Shown here: in pieces, positions 13,422 through 26,799 of the stretch | Numbering within the stretch: the first letter of the stretch is position 1 | Layout of the letters: every line of letters starts with the position of its first letter | Source: Oikopleura dioica | Lineage: Eukaryota; Animalia; Chordata | Direction of reading: 5' to 3' | Length of the DNA: 64,000 nucleotides | Assembly (NCBI GenBank): GCA_907165135.1 | Contig: OU015567.1 | Location: forward strand, 14,074,001 to 14,138,000 | Notes under the pieces: generated by a model | Told to the model about the DNA's origin: nothing | Seen by the model: the letters and a program-made list of their open reading frames with translations, nothing else | The model's database searches: none | Program-made: the position numbers and the translations under genes

Positions 13422-14449
13422 ACCAACTCTGCATCCGGAGAAGGAACAAAACTAGAAGCACTTCCATTTATCAAACACTACCTCATTTACGTTTTTTTCT
13501 GAAGCTGCCCATTTATCTTCAACTTCAAAAACTTATTAACCATTCCAAAAAATAAAATAAGACTCCAAGTTTACTTCTTGCTCACCGAGCAATACTGTAA
13601 CAACTACAGTATTTGTTTAAAACATTTCAATTGAGCATACTTGAAGAGGTGCTTGAATAGTGTTATTGAAAATCTGCTGAACTCGTGCCGCCCCGCAATC
13701 ACGCGCTTTTTACAAACTACTGAGCTAATATCACAGCATTACTGGAAAATCGAAAGCAGCTTGAGTTGAGTAGGCGGAAATGGATTTTTATTACTGTAAT
13801 TGCCACGAAGTTGCAACCGTGAGAAAGAAATGGTCATTCTATTCGTCATAAATACTGTACATACTTAGATGGATGCAGTAAAAGTTCACTAAATCCAATT
13901 CTAGTGCAAATATTAATCAAAATTACATAATCTCCTTGTTTGTTTCCCTATTTAGAGAAGGGAAATTATTTCACCGATACTGTATCAGAACACGTCCATC
14001 AAAGTGAAGCTATCGCCCATATGCACGCCTCGGGGCAGGACAAGTTCTTTGGCCTTTGGAAGTTCCCGAGCGCGCCCCTCTTTAGCGCCCCTAGTCCTAT
14101 TTTTAACGCCGAGTGGGGCAGCGCGTTTCACAAAGAATAATTCTGCAACCAAAAACCATCTTCATAGCGAATTCTTACGATACAGACGCTTTCAAAGCTA
14201 AAATTCGCGAAACAACTCAATCAAAAATTCAAAGAGAAAAACTACAGTATTTTTAAATGCCACAGACAATGACAACACACAAGCCGATTATCAGATCTGC
14301 ATCAGGTAAAACCAAATTGAAATATTTTCATCGGTTGTAAGAACATTTTTTAAATAGTTCCTACGCGACTTGGATCCTCAGCCAGTTCACCCTCAGATGA
14401 CTTTATCAAGGCGCTCAGAGCATTAGGTAAGAAAAACCCTAACCCTAAC

Positions 14450-14606
14450 CTGGGCTTGAATTTTAAAAAGGATTGAGCGGTTTTTTTTGGTGAAACCGCA
14501 AAGCGGCTTCTTTTTCCAAAAAGCCGCTCCGCGGCTTTTCATCTAAGTCCTTTTTAACCGTAACCCTAACCCTGACTCAGGTTTTCTTTATGGGTTGCCG
14601 AGCCTA
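14450..14606. mobile_element. Degenerate copy of the CTGGGCTCGGC/CCTGAGTCAGG hAT-MITE family
   Basis: AAGCCGC/GCGGCTT core, CCTGACTCAGG and TTGCCGAGCC end; flanked by CCCTAA repeats. Confidence 0.55.
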
Positions 14607-15125
14607 AACCCTAACCCTAACCCTAAGTTGACCGATTTAATTTTATCAGACGAAAAAGCTAGAAAATAGCTGTGCGAGTCGAAAACTTCGAATTTTTGTT
14701 TGAATGATCTCAAAAATGAAAGCAGATAATCTCCCTGTGATCTTGATACAGTCTGTCAAGCTCATGGCTGTCCTCAACTGTCAGACCACTACTGTATCTG
14801 GCAGTTATGTCGAATACAGACATTTTAGAAGCCGATTTGTTTTAATAAAATATTTAGAAGAAGAAGATAAAGAGGAAGGAGTCTTTGACGAGGTCGACGA
14901 AATCACCAAAAAGATCCAGACCGCCGCGAAATTGACCTCGGCAATGCTCGATCGGTCGAAAAATCCGTCTTCGCGAAAGAGCTCTGGCTGTCAACCCCGA
15001 AGAGTCAGATTTTCCATCGACTTGGGAAGCGCAGTTTGAAAATCGAACTCAAAAAGAAACGAAAAAGAATCACTGACTGTGACTGATTGTTAATTTCAAT
15101 GCTCATTATCCCTAAACAGCGAACT

Positions 15126-16012
15126 CAAGAACCTTCACTCTGTACAAATTCCTGTAGTAATAAATCCTATAAAAATGAATTCGCTTGGAAAAAGATTATT
15201 TTTTGTTTTCCTTGAAAAAGTTGATCTGTTGTACCTTTGTTTGCGCTAGTGAAGCGACCCCGACGGCGGTTGATTTGTCTTTCAGCACTGGAGAGTCGAT
15301 AAAGATGAAAATCTCGCTCTTTTCTCGTGCATCAGCGATTATTTCCAGTAGCTAAACAAATCACGTCATTTTCATAGAACAACTTTTGTAATAAGAAAAG
15401 GTCAATTCTTTTCGGAAACCCTTGTAAAAACCTTAATCAGGGTCCTGAAAAGGCCGCTGCTCATTCAGAAGGCCTGTGACAGGACCCTGACTCAGGTCTC
15501 TACACAGATTGCCGAGCCAAGATTAGTATTGTTTTCGTTCTTACGTTGTCCATATCCAAGTCGGGCAATTTCGCCGATTCCGGTTGATTCTCATTCTTTC
15601 TCGTAAAAATGACGGAGTTGGGCATCATCATTTTTTCGACATTGTCGCAATGATCTTCAAGGCTTTCAGTCTTGGCAAAGCCGAACAGTCGCTGGGCATC
15701 TTCGCTTCCATCACGTGCTCTGGTGAAGATTCGTTCGACCGCGTTTTGCACCTTGTCGCTGTCTTCGCAAACGATGTTTTCGAAAGAGTCGAGAATTTTG
15801 CGGCCGATTTGGAATCGTTCGCGTTTGATTTCATCTGATCCGTCGAAGAGGGAAAGATCCGAAGAAGAATGACTTGGACGATGAAGACCTTTTTGGATGT
15901 CGTAAAGGGCTGAATGTGCGGATGATCCGTCGACAGCATCGGAGCAGAATGAGCTGATGGCGTCCAAAGGTTCGAATAAATCGTAAAGATGACTGGTTTT
16001 TTGCTCGTTCAC
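15126..16012 (-). CDS. Hypothetical multi-exon protein, possibly with a partial globin-like fold
   Basis: 170-aa ORF plus two downstream exons (15236-15351, 15126-15152); a MITE lies in the intron. Confidence 0.45.
15410..15521. mobile_element. CCTGAGTCAGG hAT-MITE family copy
   Basis: CCTGACTCAGGTCTCTACACAGATTGCCGAGCCAAG end matches the family. Confidence 0.65.
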
Positions 16013-16519
16013 TAAATTGAATATGAATATGAAGATAGCCGATTATGAATATGATTCAATAATTATTAATGACTTGTTGAATTTGAATATGTCGGTTGAA
16101 ATGAAAAAAGAGAGTAATTTCCTTCCCTTCGAAAACAAAACCGTTCATGTTTCAAATTTTCCAGTTCTTCAGGAATTTTTCAAAGTTCAAAATGAAAAAT
16201 CGTCTACTCCGGTAAAAAAAGAGATTTGCCTCTTTGAGAAAGTTCGCGTTTCAACACAATCCACTGTGTTTTCAGCACGATAAAGAGAAAAACTGCGTCT
16301 CTTCGGCCTGAACGGAAGACAAAATCGACCGCGGTTTATAATGTCAAAACAACGAAGGAACTCGCGGGCCACTTTTTTTCATAACCACTTTTGTTTTTCC
16401 AAATGTCTACGCTAGAATAAACTTGACTTTATCATATAATTTGGCCGTGGAAAGATAGAAAATGACGATGAAAGCACTTCAGCAGTTTTAGCAGAGCTCC
16501 TGAGATCTTTGCCGAATAG

Positions 16520-16614
16520 CTGAGCTCAGCAACCTGTGTAGAAGACCTGAGTCAGGGTCCTGAGAAGATTTTCAGGCCCCTGACTCAGCTTTTCGACGCA
16601 GGTCGCGGAACCCC
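16520..16614. mobile_element. CCTGAGTCAGG hAT-MITE family copy
   Basis: CTGAGCTCAGCAACCTGTGTAGAAGACCTGAGTCAGG ... CCTGACTCAG. Confidence 0.65.
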
Positions 16615-17309
16615 GCGAAAAAGACACACAATCAATAAAATCAAAAAATTCCTCCTTGAAGCCCGCGACTCCGAAATAAACAATTTTCTCCATCTCAGGT
16701 TTCTACTAGCAAGTAGCTTAACAAGCCAGTTCCAAAATCATGTTCAGCGGGCTACAACGGTTGCTGGCTCAACTGCACTACCAGCTGATGCAAAAAGCTG
16801 AAACATTGCAAGGTGAAAACATGTGTTGGACGCTGCCTATCAAATTCAGATATCCGAATGATTTTGGCGCTCCTGGATTCTATTGCGATCCTTGTCGCGG
16901 AGAAAAACGTGAGTTTAAAAATCAATCCAAGTTGAATTACTTTCCCTTTTTCTTTAGCAAAGTCTGGGCCTCCTTCAACTCATAAATTTCCCTGATCTTC
17001 AAGGTAAAACTAATTAAAAGACGCAAAAACGTAAAATTCGCCCTTGAAATGCTTAAAAATCTATTCAGAGCTGCTCCATCGGGCACTGTGCACTTCCTGC
17101 TCACCTGTGAGAGGTAAATAGAAAAACGAAAAATTGGTTCCGGAAATTTTGATCGCACTCAAAATTTTATTTCCGAAAAAGCTCTAGACAAGTGGTGTTT
17201 CGATTTTGAGAGTCGCGTTTTACATGAATTTAATCAGGTGAGGGATTACTTTTAGTTGCATCATGGAAATTCGTCGAGAAGGAAAGGTCTTTTTTTGAAC
17301 CTTCAAAGA

Positions 17310-17468
17310 ATGGACTTGGCAACCTGTGTAGAAACCTGAGTCAGGGTTCTCAAAGAGCTTTTATAAAAAGCCGCCTAGAGGGTTATTTTCTTGAAGCCGC
17401 TTTGCGGCTTTTATTGATGTTCTTTCAGGACCCTGACTCAGGTTTTCTACACAGGTTTCCGAGCACAG
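17310..17468. mobile_element. CCTGAGTCAGG hAT-MITE family copy
   Basis: Both TIRs and the AAGCCGC/GCGGCTT core are present. Confidence 0.7.
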
Positions 17469-18299
17469 CTCTAGGTGCGAGGGATCTTCTGAGGCCACTT
17501 CGGTTCGAAAGACCCCGAAGAGATCCTGGAAAACGTCTTTTCCCGCACACTCAGCGAGTTTTTTCTGGAGCAGCAACCGGACCAAACTGACAAGTGGTCC
17601 ATGGCTTATCACTTCCACCATCGAGTACTGGAGGTGACGCATACCCGAAAAACAAGCAGAACAAAAATTAGAAGCAATGAATATTCAAATATTATTCAGG
17701 CGGTCGAAGATACATCAACAAGCAGCCCTGCTTCGAGGAGAACAGTATGGAACAGCACGTTTCGTCTTTTTCCTCAAAACGCTGCTGTTTAGGATTTTGA
17801 TGAAGGGGGATCAAACGAGGAGGAGGAGGGTTCGATTCTCTTTATCAATCTTGCTCATCGGAAAAGAGGCTCTCGATAGTTCGATTACCAGACTTTTTCG
17901 CTCGTTAAAAATCTCTCTGGGCTTCCTTAAGGGGGCCCTTAATAATTACGTATTCTGTGGTAAAATTGGGGAAGTCTCTGATCAGCGCTCTCAAGTGCTA
18001 GAAACACGCGATCAAGTTCTCCTAGATGATATCCTTCGTCTCATCCCCGAGTGCTCAAGCAACCACTCTTCAGCAGCTACTCCAATCATCAAGTTCGTAG
18101 TTTGAAATTTTAAATTGATCTTGTAGAAAATCTCGATACAGGGGAATTTAGCGACGCGATTAACGGCAAAACACAGATCAGTGTTTAGTGGTTAGCGCTG
18201 CATTTTCCCGTGTACTTTTCCGACGAAGACGTATTTTTGGAATAAACTCGATTACGCTTGCGAGATATTTTTAAAAATACTCAGAATTTTAAGTACCCA

Positions 18300-18355
18300 A
18301 TTTTCGAGAAAAAAAAATTTTCGACGGGATTCGAACTCGTGACCTTTCGATCCCA
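18300..18355 (-). mobile_element. tRNA-derived SINE-like fragment (B-box)
   Basis: Minus strand AGGTCACGAGTTCGAATCCCGTCGAAAATTTTTTTTTCTC; related copy at ~20866-20910 on +. No complete cloverleaf. Confidence 0.5.
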
Positions 18356-19055
18356 AGCTTTTTTTCAAAGTCGAAAAAGAACAGCATTGCAATGAAACTT
18401 TTTAGCAATGCATCTGTGCGATCAGCGTTTCCTGGCAATTTCGATAAGGAGGAGGTAATGATTACCCAGCCGCCCGCGATCCCGTCAAAGCGTTCCCGAG
18501 AAACTTCCGCAGTTCCGGATTAGAAACATTAATAACGTGTTACCACAGCTCTTATGAAACCACTTACCGGGCTAGAATTTTAACTCAAGCTGACAAATGT
18601 CCCCCGGAGCGCTAGAATTTCTTGTTTTTCATCTGGTAAAAAAAGCGAAGACTCATTTAACTCCCTTCCGAGCTCCAGTAAACCGAGATTTGCGAGATGT
18701 GATTCGGTAATCGAAAATTTCTAAAAAGTCATCTCAAAACTGAGCCGAAATTCTAGTGCTCTCTCGCTTATGCTTGACTCTCGAAATCTCTCCAAATTGT
18801 CGGAAATGAGCGCAAGTCCAGTGCATACAAGATCGGCGCAGATCAAAGAAGCAGAAGAACCGCCCGACAGAAGTTGGCAAAAGGTACTGTATTCTAACGT
18901 GAGAATCGGCGCGTTTTAAAGTTTAAACTTCCTTCAGGAAAATGTCACGCTTGAGAGGCCACTTCCTAAAGGAACGGTAGACTAACTTTGTGAGAGATTA
19001 CAGTTTTCTTCTTTACAAATGAACTCTAAATAACAGTAATTATTTTTACTGAAAA

Positions 19056-19326
19056 CTGTGTTCGGCAGCCTGTGTAGAAAACCTGAGTCAGAGTCAGGAA
19101 GAACTTCAATCAAAAGCCACTTAGCGGCTTTTTCAAAAACGAAGCCGCATAGCGGCTTCGCAAGAATTTGATAATTGATTCAGAAGATAAGTATGCGAAG
19201 CCGCTTCGCGGCTTCTTTCTTAAAAAAGCCGCTACGCGGCTTTTAATTAGAAATTTCTGAAGTTCTTTTTAGCTAGCCTCTTTCAGGACCCTGACTCAGA
19301 TTTAAAACACGGTTTGAGGAGCCCAG
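19056..19326. mobile_element. CCTGAGTCAGG hAT-MITE family copy (near full length)
   Basis: TIRs plus four AAGCCGCnnnGCGGCTT hairpins. Confidence 0.75.
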
Positions 19327-19899
19327 ACTTTCTTATGTTTTTCTGAACATAAGATTTTGAAGAAATCTTATCTATATTTCTAAAAAATCTCTCGCAACAC
19401 GATAGTAAATCCTTCAAATCCCAATTGCATGAGCTTGCCTTCGAGATCTCATCCCTGTTGGCGATCTGGTGGACTGGCCGCGATCTGCATAAGCGTATAC
19501 AAGCTGTTCGGATTTGCATCTACCCTTTTTTACCAAAAGCCACATCTGCGCCCGTCATTTTTAGCTCACCCTCTCGGTCTTAGGATATTCTTAAAAAAAC
19601 CGAGAGGACTGAAAAGCTTTGAATTTTCGTTTTTGACTCAGAAATTCGTGAAGAGGGATATCTTGAGAAATGTGGCTAGTCTAAATGTCCGCTAAATGGG
19701 TTAATAGCAGGGCTGATTTCTAGCGCTCTCTTGGTCACGTTAAAATCCCTTTCAAGAAGCAATTTCGCGAAAAACTCTAAACAGGTGAGTCCAAACGTGC
19801 CAAAATGTTTGCTGGTAATTAGGGTTGTTTTTGCATAATTATGAATAAAGATGAGTTTAAAAACGGGGCTTAAATTAAGGCTTACATAATATCCAACTA

Positions 19900-20015
19900 C
19901 TGGGTTCAGAAACCTGTGTAGAAACCTGACTCATGTTCCTGAAATACAGTATTTCAAATACTGCTTCGCCTGAGTCAGGCCTGAGTCAGGTTTCTACACA
20001 GGTTTCCAAGCCCAG
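19900..20015. mobile_element. CCTGAGTCAGG hAT-MITE family copy (short)
   Basis: CTGGGTTCAGAAACCTGTGTAGAAACCTGACTCA ... TGAGTCAGGTTTCTACACAGGTTTCCAAGCCCAG. Confidence 0.7.
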
Positions 20016-20550
20016 ACTTAATACGAGTTTTGCAATCTAGAATTATCAGTGAAACCCTAAAAATTTGGATGTTTTCAAAACTACCAATGGTAGATTTTTT
20101 CGTGGCCTTGCGGTTTTCCTGGTATGTATTCTTGTCATCAAGGGTGGCTTGTTCTACGTATAACTGTTTGATTTTACAATAATCAAAGAAAAAAGAAGGG
20201 AAAACCGCTTGAAACTAATCTCCTGGTTGGGAAGTAAAAATGCTCTTTTCAGAGTGGATGGAATGCTTCACGAAACGATGTTGTCATTACGCGAAGAATT
20301 GGAGGATAAGCTCGGGTTTGAGCAGCTCTTGGCGCTGATCTGATTAGCTTTAGTGAATTTCAGAATCGGCCAGTTTTTCGAAGTCAACACATTTCTAGCG
20401 TTGAGCCGGATTAAGAAGAAAATCAGAAATTGGGCAAAGATCGACGAGTGCTTCTCGGAACACTTTCTCGCTTCGCAAAATTAATACCATTGAAAAGAAT
20501 GTTCGAAATAAAAATACTCGTTTACAAGAAAATTGACAAGTTGATTTTTG

Positions 20551-20736
20551 TTAAAAGGTGGGGCTCAAGATAAGGCTCTTACCTCCAGTAGCGCAGTGAA
20601 CGGCCAACAAACGGGCGTAAGCCGTCCTCACGACAGAACCAAGCGCATTTTGAACATTGCAAGATTCGTTGATTTCTTCACGGTTGGGCACAGCAGCAGC
20701 GGCCGTGCCAAGTAACAGGGCCCAAAAGGGCAGCAT
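20551..20736 (-). CDS. First coding exon of a small secreted Cys-containing protein
   Basis: Signal peptide MLPFWALLLGTAAAA; upstream TTTCAG acceptor; GTAAG donor at ~20582. Downstream exons unresolved. Confidence 0.45.
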   Translation of the reverse strand: MLPFWALLLGTAAAAVPNREEINESCNVQNALGSVVRTAYARLLAVHCATGGKSLILSPTF

Positions 20737-23000
20737 TTTTGACTGTACCAGAATCCTGAAAAAATTATAATCTGAATTAATCGGTATTTATTGACAAAAA
20801 ACGATCATTGCAAAATTCGAACTCATATTTTCTAGACTTTTTTCACAAAATCGAAGTTGTGGTGGAGAAGGTCGTGAGTTCAAATCTTGCTGAAAAACAA
20901 ATTTTTTCTAGCCAGTTTTTTTAGATGATCATATCGAGAAAACGCGAATAATATCTATTCTCCCACAAGATCTGGCTCTCGTCATTCCCTCCACAAATTC
21001 CTGGAGGCTCCTTATCTCGGCCATTCTTACCGTTTCTCGTCGAGGCGTTTTCCAACGTGCGGCGATAAAACTTCTTTCGACAAAAGTGGGAATTTACCTC
21101 AAGTATTCGTCAAAATCAAACGTCTCTCATAACGTTTAAATTCTTACCACGTGTTCTTCTCAAACACGAAAAAAGCGACTCAAATTGCAGTCAAAATGCT
21201 TCCTATTTCAAAATTTCGTAAAAATATAGAAAATATTATTATTAATGCTTCCGAATGGCTGTTTCCAAGGCTCCCATAATCCGATTTCGATTGTTGTCAA
21301 AATAAAATTACGATAGAATTCTGTTTTCAATTTTTCGTCAAAGGTCAAAATCTAAAAAGAGTTATTAGCTTGTTGAATTTGAAATAAGGAACGGCAGGAG
21401 TGGCAGAAGCGGAAGGGGCGAGGAGAGATCTAAAAAAGCAGTTTTAGTGGACGAAAAACGATTCAATTGAAATGCATAATTCTCATAATCGAGAAGTTGT
21501 TTAACCTGCTACGGCGATTATTAATCAATGTCTTGCGGTAAACCTGCGTCTTTAATGGAGCTCCTTAATCATTGTTGCAGTACACAATTCAAAATTTCAA
21601 ATGCCCCTTACTTTCTGTCTACCCTTAACCCTAACCCTAAGTTACGACTCCGAACTCTAACCCTAATTTTTGAAGTTCTGAAAAATTGATTTTGATCGAA
21701 ATGTTCGGATTGCTTCTTTTGCAATTTTTCGCTGGTTCAAGACTGGTGATGATAAGACAAGGGTGCTGGGGATAATCCGCTACTGATGCTTTTTTGATGG
21801 CGAAAGATTCTAGGACGCAATTTCGCCATAATCAGTATCAGGTTTGTTTCTGTCCGGGAGGAACTTGTCATTATGATATTGAGGCTTGGATTTTGGGCTG
21901 GACAAAAACATGAAACATGTTCATTGGAGATTGCACAATGTTGGGTTTCATTAATAATATTGGATTAAAGCAAGCTACTGACGTTGGTACCTCACGTGTT
22001 ATGTTGCGGTATAAAATATAACGAGCCGCGAAAAGGAATAGCGAAGAAAACTTATGTCGAAAAATATTTCAACCCAAGGGCCTCTTATTACCGATAAGAT
22101 AAACCGTTTACCATAAACCTATTTATCAATGACTTTAGATGAGAATTCCGAACTGGGATGCTCAAAATGCAATGAGTTATTTTTAATATTTCGGCAGAAA
22201 ACTGCCCCTAAAATCGCCAGGTCTGACTGTAATACTCTGAAAGAATTCAGGCGAATTCAGGTGTGCCCTCAACTGAAAGCGTATCGAGGAATAACTGTTC
22301 AGAAAATTGCGCTTCAGTTATAACAGCACTCAAATCTATCGACGGAGACAAAAAAGTTCAAGTTCGGAAATAGCTGTCAAAAGCAGGAAGATAATTTCCA
22401 CTGGTTTTTGTCCTTTTCACAGGGAAAAGAAAAACGCCTCCGGAAGCAGAAAACTTTCAATAGAGGTCAAATACGGAATAGAAAATCGCTGATTGAAGCA
22501 GTTCTCAAAAGGTCGATAAGAATTATGACTTCCGAAAAAAATGATCCTCTAGCAAATATTCTCGATGTTTGGATTTTGACAAGTGATATTTAGTAACTGC
22601 TTCCTAATTGATTTCGAAAAATATTAGAGGGTCAAATTCTTGAATTTCTAACGATTTTAATTTTGATCAAAAATAGGCTAATTTTGATGAAAATTTTTGA
22701 CATCAAAAAGAGTACTTTTCTTAGAGCTAATATTTGATTCGTGAAAATGGCTTAGAATAAGAATTTCTGGTGCTACCACAATCGCTTGTTACCCTTGCCA
22801 AATCAGTGTAATAAACCAGTCACGTGGGTCCAGGTGGAGCGTTGGGGTCTACCGCGATTGCCGTTGATTTTGGTCAAGAAAGACGCAGAAATTTAAGAAG
22901 CTGTCATATCATTGCCTTTTTGGATAAAGAGCTACCCCAGTGCTTACATAAGGAATGCCTCAAATTTAAGGGGGTTGACATCGATATTCGAATTTTCCGT

Positions 23001-23088
23001 CCAAGCTTTCTGTAAAAAAAACCTGAGTCAGGGCCTGAAGGATGAAAATACCCTGGCTCAGGTTTTCTACACAGGTTTTCGAGCCCAG
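23001..23088. mobile_element. CCTGAGTCAGG hAT-MITE family copy (short)
   Basis: CCTGAGTCAGG ... CAGGTTTTCTACACAGGTTTTCGAGCCCAG. Confidence 0.65.
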
Positions 23089-24851
23089 CAGAGTATTTTT
23101 AAGGGTCTCACTTTGATAACTTTTGAAGAAAAACTTCCTAAAAAAGGCGATTATTGATGTCAATCTCCTTAAAATTATTTTTGTTATTGAAAACATTGCT
23201 GAGTTTTGAAAAAAGAGATGTTCCAAATTTGAAATTTCCATTTTTGCTCGGATGTCAGGTGCTGCTCCACCTGAAGGGTCCAAAAAGTCAATCTGATGGT
23301 GTTCGCATTTGCGGTCACAACAGACAGTTCCGCAGAAGGGAAAAGATGCGTCTCCGAGCGTAAATCGCATCAACGCAACGCGGCAATTCACGAAATCAGT
23401 CTTCTTCGCAATTTTCAATTATGTCTCCGTTACATCTTATTTTCTAGTGCTCCTGCGTAGCTATTTATGCAACAAAAACATTCAAGCGTTTCTTGCTATT
23501 TTTCCCCAAAAATTTCAAATGAAATGAAATCCAATGCAATAGAAAAAGAAACAGAACTGGCTATAAAGATTCTAAACTGCTAATCAAATTAAGTAGCTGC
23601 TGATTGCCTGCTTCCTGCCGAATGTGTCACGTTTATTCAGATAGAAAATGGTCCAGCCTGACGTGCGTAAAAACCACCAGCGCTAGATTTTTTCCCAGGG
23701 TCAAAATCAAGGTCATTTTAGTTATTTTTTATCAATAAAATAGAAAACCCATTTAGAGGAGCCAAATTTTAATGGATTTTTTATCGTTGAGACACCCTTA
23801 AGAAAATTTTGTCTTTGGGAAAAAAATTCTAGCGCTGATGGAATTTGACGCAACGGCGAATCAGCTGGAGTTTTTTTGAGTTGCGACTTTCTCGCGACTT
23901 CATCGTTTTTTTTCTCGTTTTTTTTTAAAGCGGGTACGTACCTAAAAAATAAAATTAGTTTACAGAAATGTAATTTGGGAAGAAGGATAATTGGTTATTC
24001 CAGAGAAGAGGAGAGGGAGGAAAGTTTTCGTAATAAACGTAAATACGTTTTTTCTTTATGAGAAAACATAGTTAAAAGAAGACGTAGAAAAGATGTTATT
24101 TATGTTTGGAAAGATCGCATTTTCCAATTTATCGAGAAAAAAATCGAAATTTTCTACTTGAATCTTATTGGCTAATGAACTCTTCTGTAGAGGGCGCTAA
24201 TGAGTTATTAATCGGAACCAATCAGATCCAAGAACATGTTTCTTATTTTCTACGAGTCCTGATTAGCCGAGAAAATCCGCTAGATGGCGTAGTTTTTGAA
24301 AATACGCCCTTTCAAAATTCCCTGAAAATCATCTTCTCTGGATCAAATCAATTATAATTTCTGGTTGATATCATGCCTATTTGATGTTTTCAAATTGTAC
24401 AGTAAGTCGATCTCTCTTCTGAAAATGATGAAGTGGCAGATGAAGAATTGTTGGAGTGCGTCGATTCCTGAAAATAAAATTACTAACTAGTAGTGTAGCA
24501 AGAAAAAATAAAGTGAAAAATTATGTTAGTGTAAAACACAGATTTGATGAAATTTATCGGCTTTGAGGTGCAATCTTGATCTGTGTATCTCAGTTTGTAA
24601 ATTTATGCAACGGGGCGAGAATAGTTTGCTGCCAAAATAATACTTTTTTTCTGGTTTTTCGATAAACATAATAAAATAAAAAAAAACCGAATGAAGCAAA
24701 AATAGGACTTTCGAAGGCACGATTATTCAAACAAAACTGAACTGTTAGTCGGAGAATTAAATTAACGAAAAATGCAGGGATTCTAGTGCAGAAAAAGAAT
24801 TCCAAAGACAGGTTTATTTTTGGGGGAATTACAAGAAGAAGAAATCAATTG

Positions 24852-24955
24852 CAGGACTCGGCAACCTGTTTTAAAAACCTGAGTCAGCTTTTGATGAACG
24901 CTCTTTTTAATCCTCACTCAGGAATTCAGAATTCTACACAGGTCGCCAAACACAG
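24852..24955. mobile_element. CCTGAGTCAGG hAT-MITE family copy (degenerate)
   Basis: CAGGACTCGGCAACCTG..ACCTGAGTCAG ... CTACACAGGTCGCC. Confidence 0.6.
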
Positions 24956-25852
24956 AATTGTATTTTCCACTTGTAGATTATAAGTTTTAGTGAGCCATTT
25001 TTTGAGAAGAATAAATAATTAAAAGGGTTGAAAAAAGATCGAAATTTAATTTTCAGAAGGTAGATTCACCTTTTGGTCGTTCCCAAAAACGCGGAATCTA
25101 AATAATTCCCGTCGAGTATTTGAAAATGCATGAGAAGCGCGAATGTATCGCATTTCGAGAAAGTACAGAATTATCACTACTGGACTAATCAATTCTAGCG
25201 CAGAGTAGCATCGATCGAACACAGAGAAAAAAAGTGCTATTATTGAGAGAGATGAATGGATGGTAGATTCAAAGAGAGTGGCGAGAAATCGCGGAAAATG
25301 CAAATCAACCCAAGATTCATGCAAATGACAACCGTCTTAAGGTGCGCCACTCAAATTTGTTCCGTTAATTATTTTTTTATTAGAGCTAATTTTTCGAAAA
25401 ACTGGTAGTTTGACTTCCGGCTCAAATATTCAAAGTTTTATTTTTTTATTCAAAAAACCCGGAATTGTTGACGGGGGGTCCTTAAATCTTTGAAAAGTCA
25501 AAAAGAAAAACACGAATTTCTTTGGATGATCCCGACCGGTTGTAAAATAAACGCGGCGGTAAGAAGTTGAGAGAAAATTTCGCGAAATTTCCGCCGCGCC
25601 AAAAAGGTTAAACTCAAAAAATGTCAGCTTGGGAAAACGTTCTGCCAAATATTTGGCGTTTCTAAAAATCATCTTCAAAGACGGCGAAGATGTGGTACCA
25701 CACCTTTTGCTTTCTACTGTGGTATTTCTGAAGTTCATTTTAAAGAGACACTTGAAGATGCTGATTTAACTATTTCAAGCAGCGGTGGGAGCATGCTTAT
25801 TAAATTAGAGTAATAGAAGCTCATAGAAAAAATTAGAAAAAGGGTTTTTTCA

Positions 25853-25924
25853 GGTTAGGGTTAGGGTTAGGGTCAGAGACTCTAACTAAGACTCTTAGTC
25901 TAAAAGTTAGGGTTTGGGTTAGGG
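25853..25924 (+). repeat. Interstitial telomere-like (TTAGGG)n tract
   Basis: GGTTAGGGTTAGGGTTAGGG and GTTAGGGTTTGGGTTAGGG; similar CCCTAA tracts at 14437-14450, 14607-14625 and 21621-21666. Confidence 0.7.
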
Positions 25925-26799
25925 CTCGAATCGTCAAAAAATTGAGACAAAAATCGAATTTTTCCGAAAATTTCTTCTGAAATCTGATTGGCCTGCAAGC
26001 AGAATCCGGACATTTGATTGGTCTAAAATTTGGCCAAAATTTTGTTAAAAAATGACGCATTCTTTTTATCGATTTATGTCACCTACCCTTTTTAGAGAGT
26101 TTTTAATAAAAAATAATTTAATCTTTTAGTTTCTTCTCATTCTCCGCCCTGGTGAACTTCTGGTACGCTTACGATCAATCCGCAGGCCTAGAAAATCGCG
26201 GTAAATACCCAATTTATCATTTATCTTGTTAACACCTCCCGTGGACGCAAAGAACTCGAATTTCTTACGTATAAATATTTCGCCACGGGAATTTTAATTT
26301 ACAATTTTACAAGCTTAGAAAGTCTTATGAACGGCCGGACCGATATTTGTTGAGAAACAGGGGGAGTCGTAGCTATTTCGCTATTTCTAGTGGAACTTCA
26401 ATAAGCGAGCGATCAAGAACACGTCCCCAATATGGCGTAACAATCAATTGAACCCTTGAAAATGTTACCAAACAAAACAAGAGAACTCTGGCCCGCCGCC
26501 AGGGCTGACCGTAATCCACCCGCTCTTCGCAGAAACACGCGTAAACCACCAACTTGATCACATTATAAAACCTTCAAAGGGGTGTTAATTCGATGAAAAT
26601 ATCAGAATTCAAAATGAAACAACTCTAAAAATACCCGAAAACAGTAAATACAATTGAATAAGAAAAGCAACGAGGAGGTCATTTTTGACCAAATCTTGGT
26701 CATTATTCGTCCGCATTTACCGCAGCAGATACCCTTAAATCCCCGGGATCCAAATCTCCATTTCCTAAAATTTACGTCTATTAACTCTTATTTCAGCCT

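Noticed and set aside
16700-18105. Cys-rich and acidic exon-like fragments
   Set aside because: In-frame stops, MITE interruptions and no coherent gene model; possibly a decayed gene.
18300-18355. tRNA gene
   Set aside because: Only a T-arm/B-box is present, and a degenerate second copy at ~20870 points to a SINE remnant.
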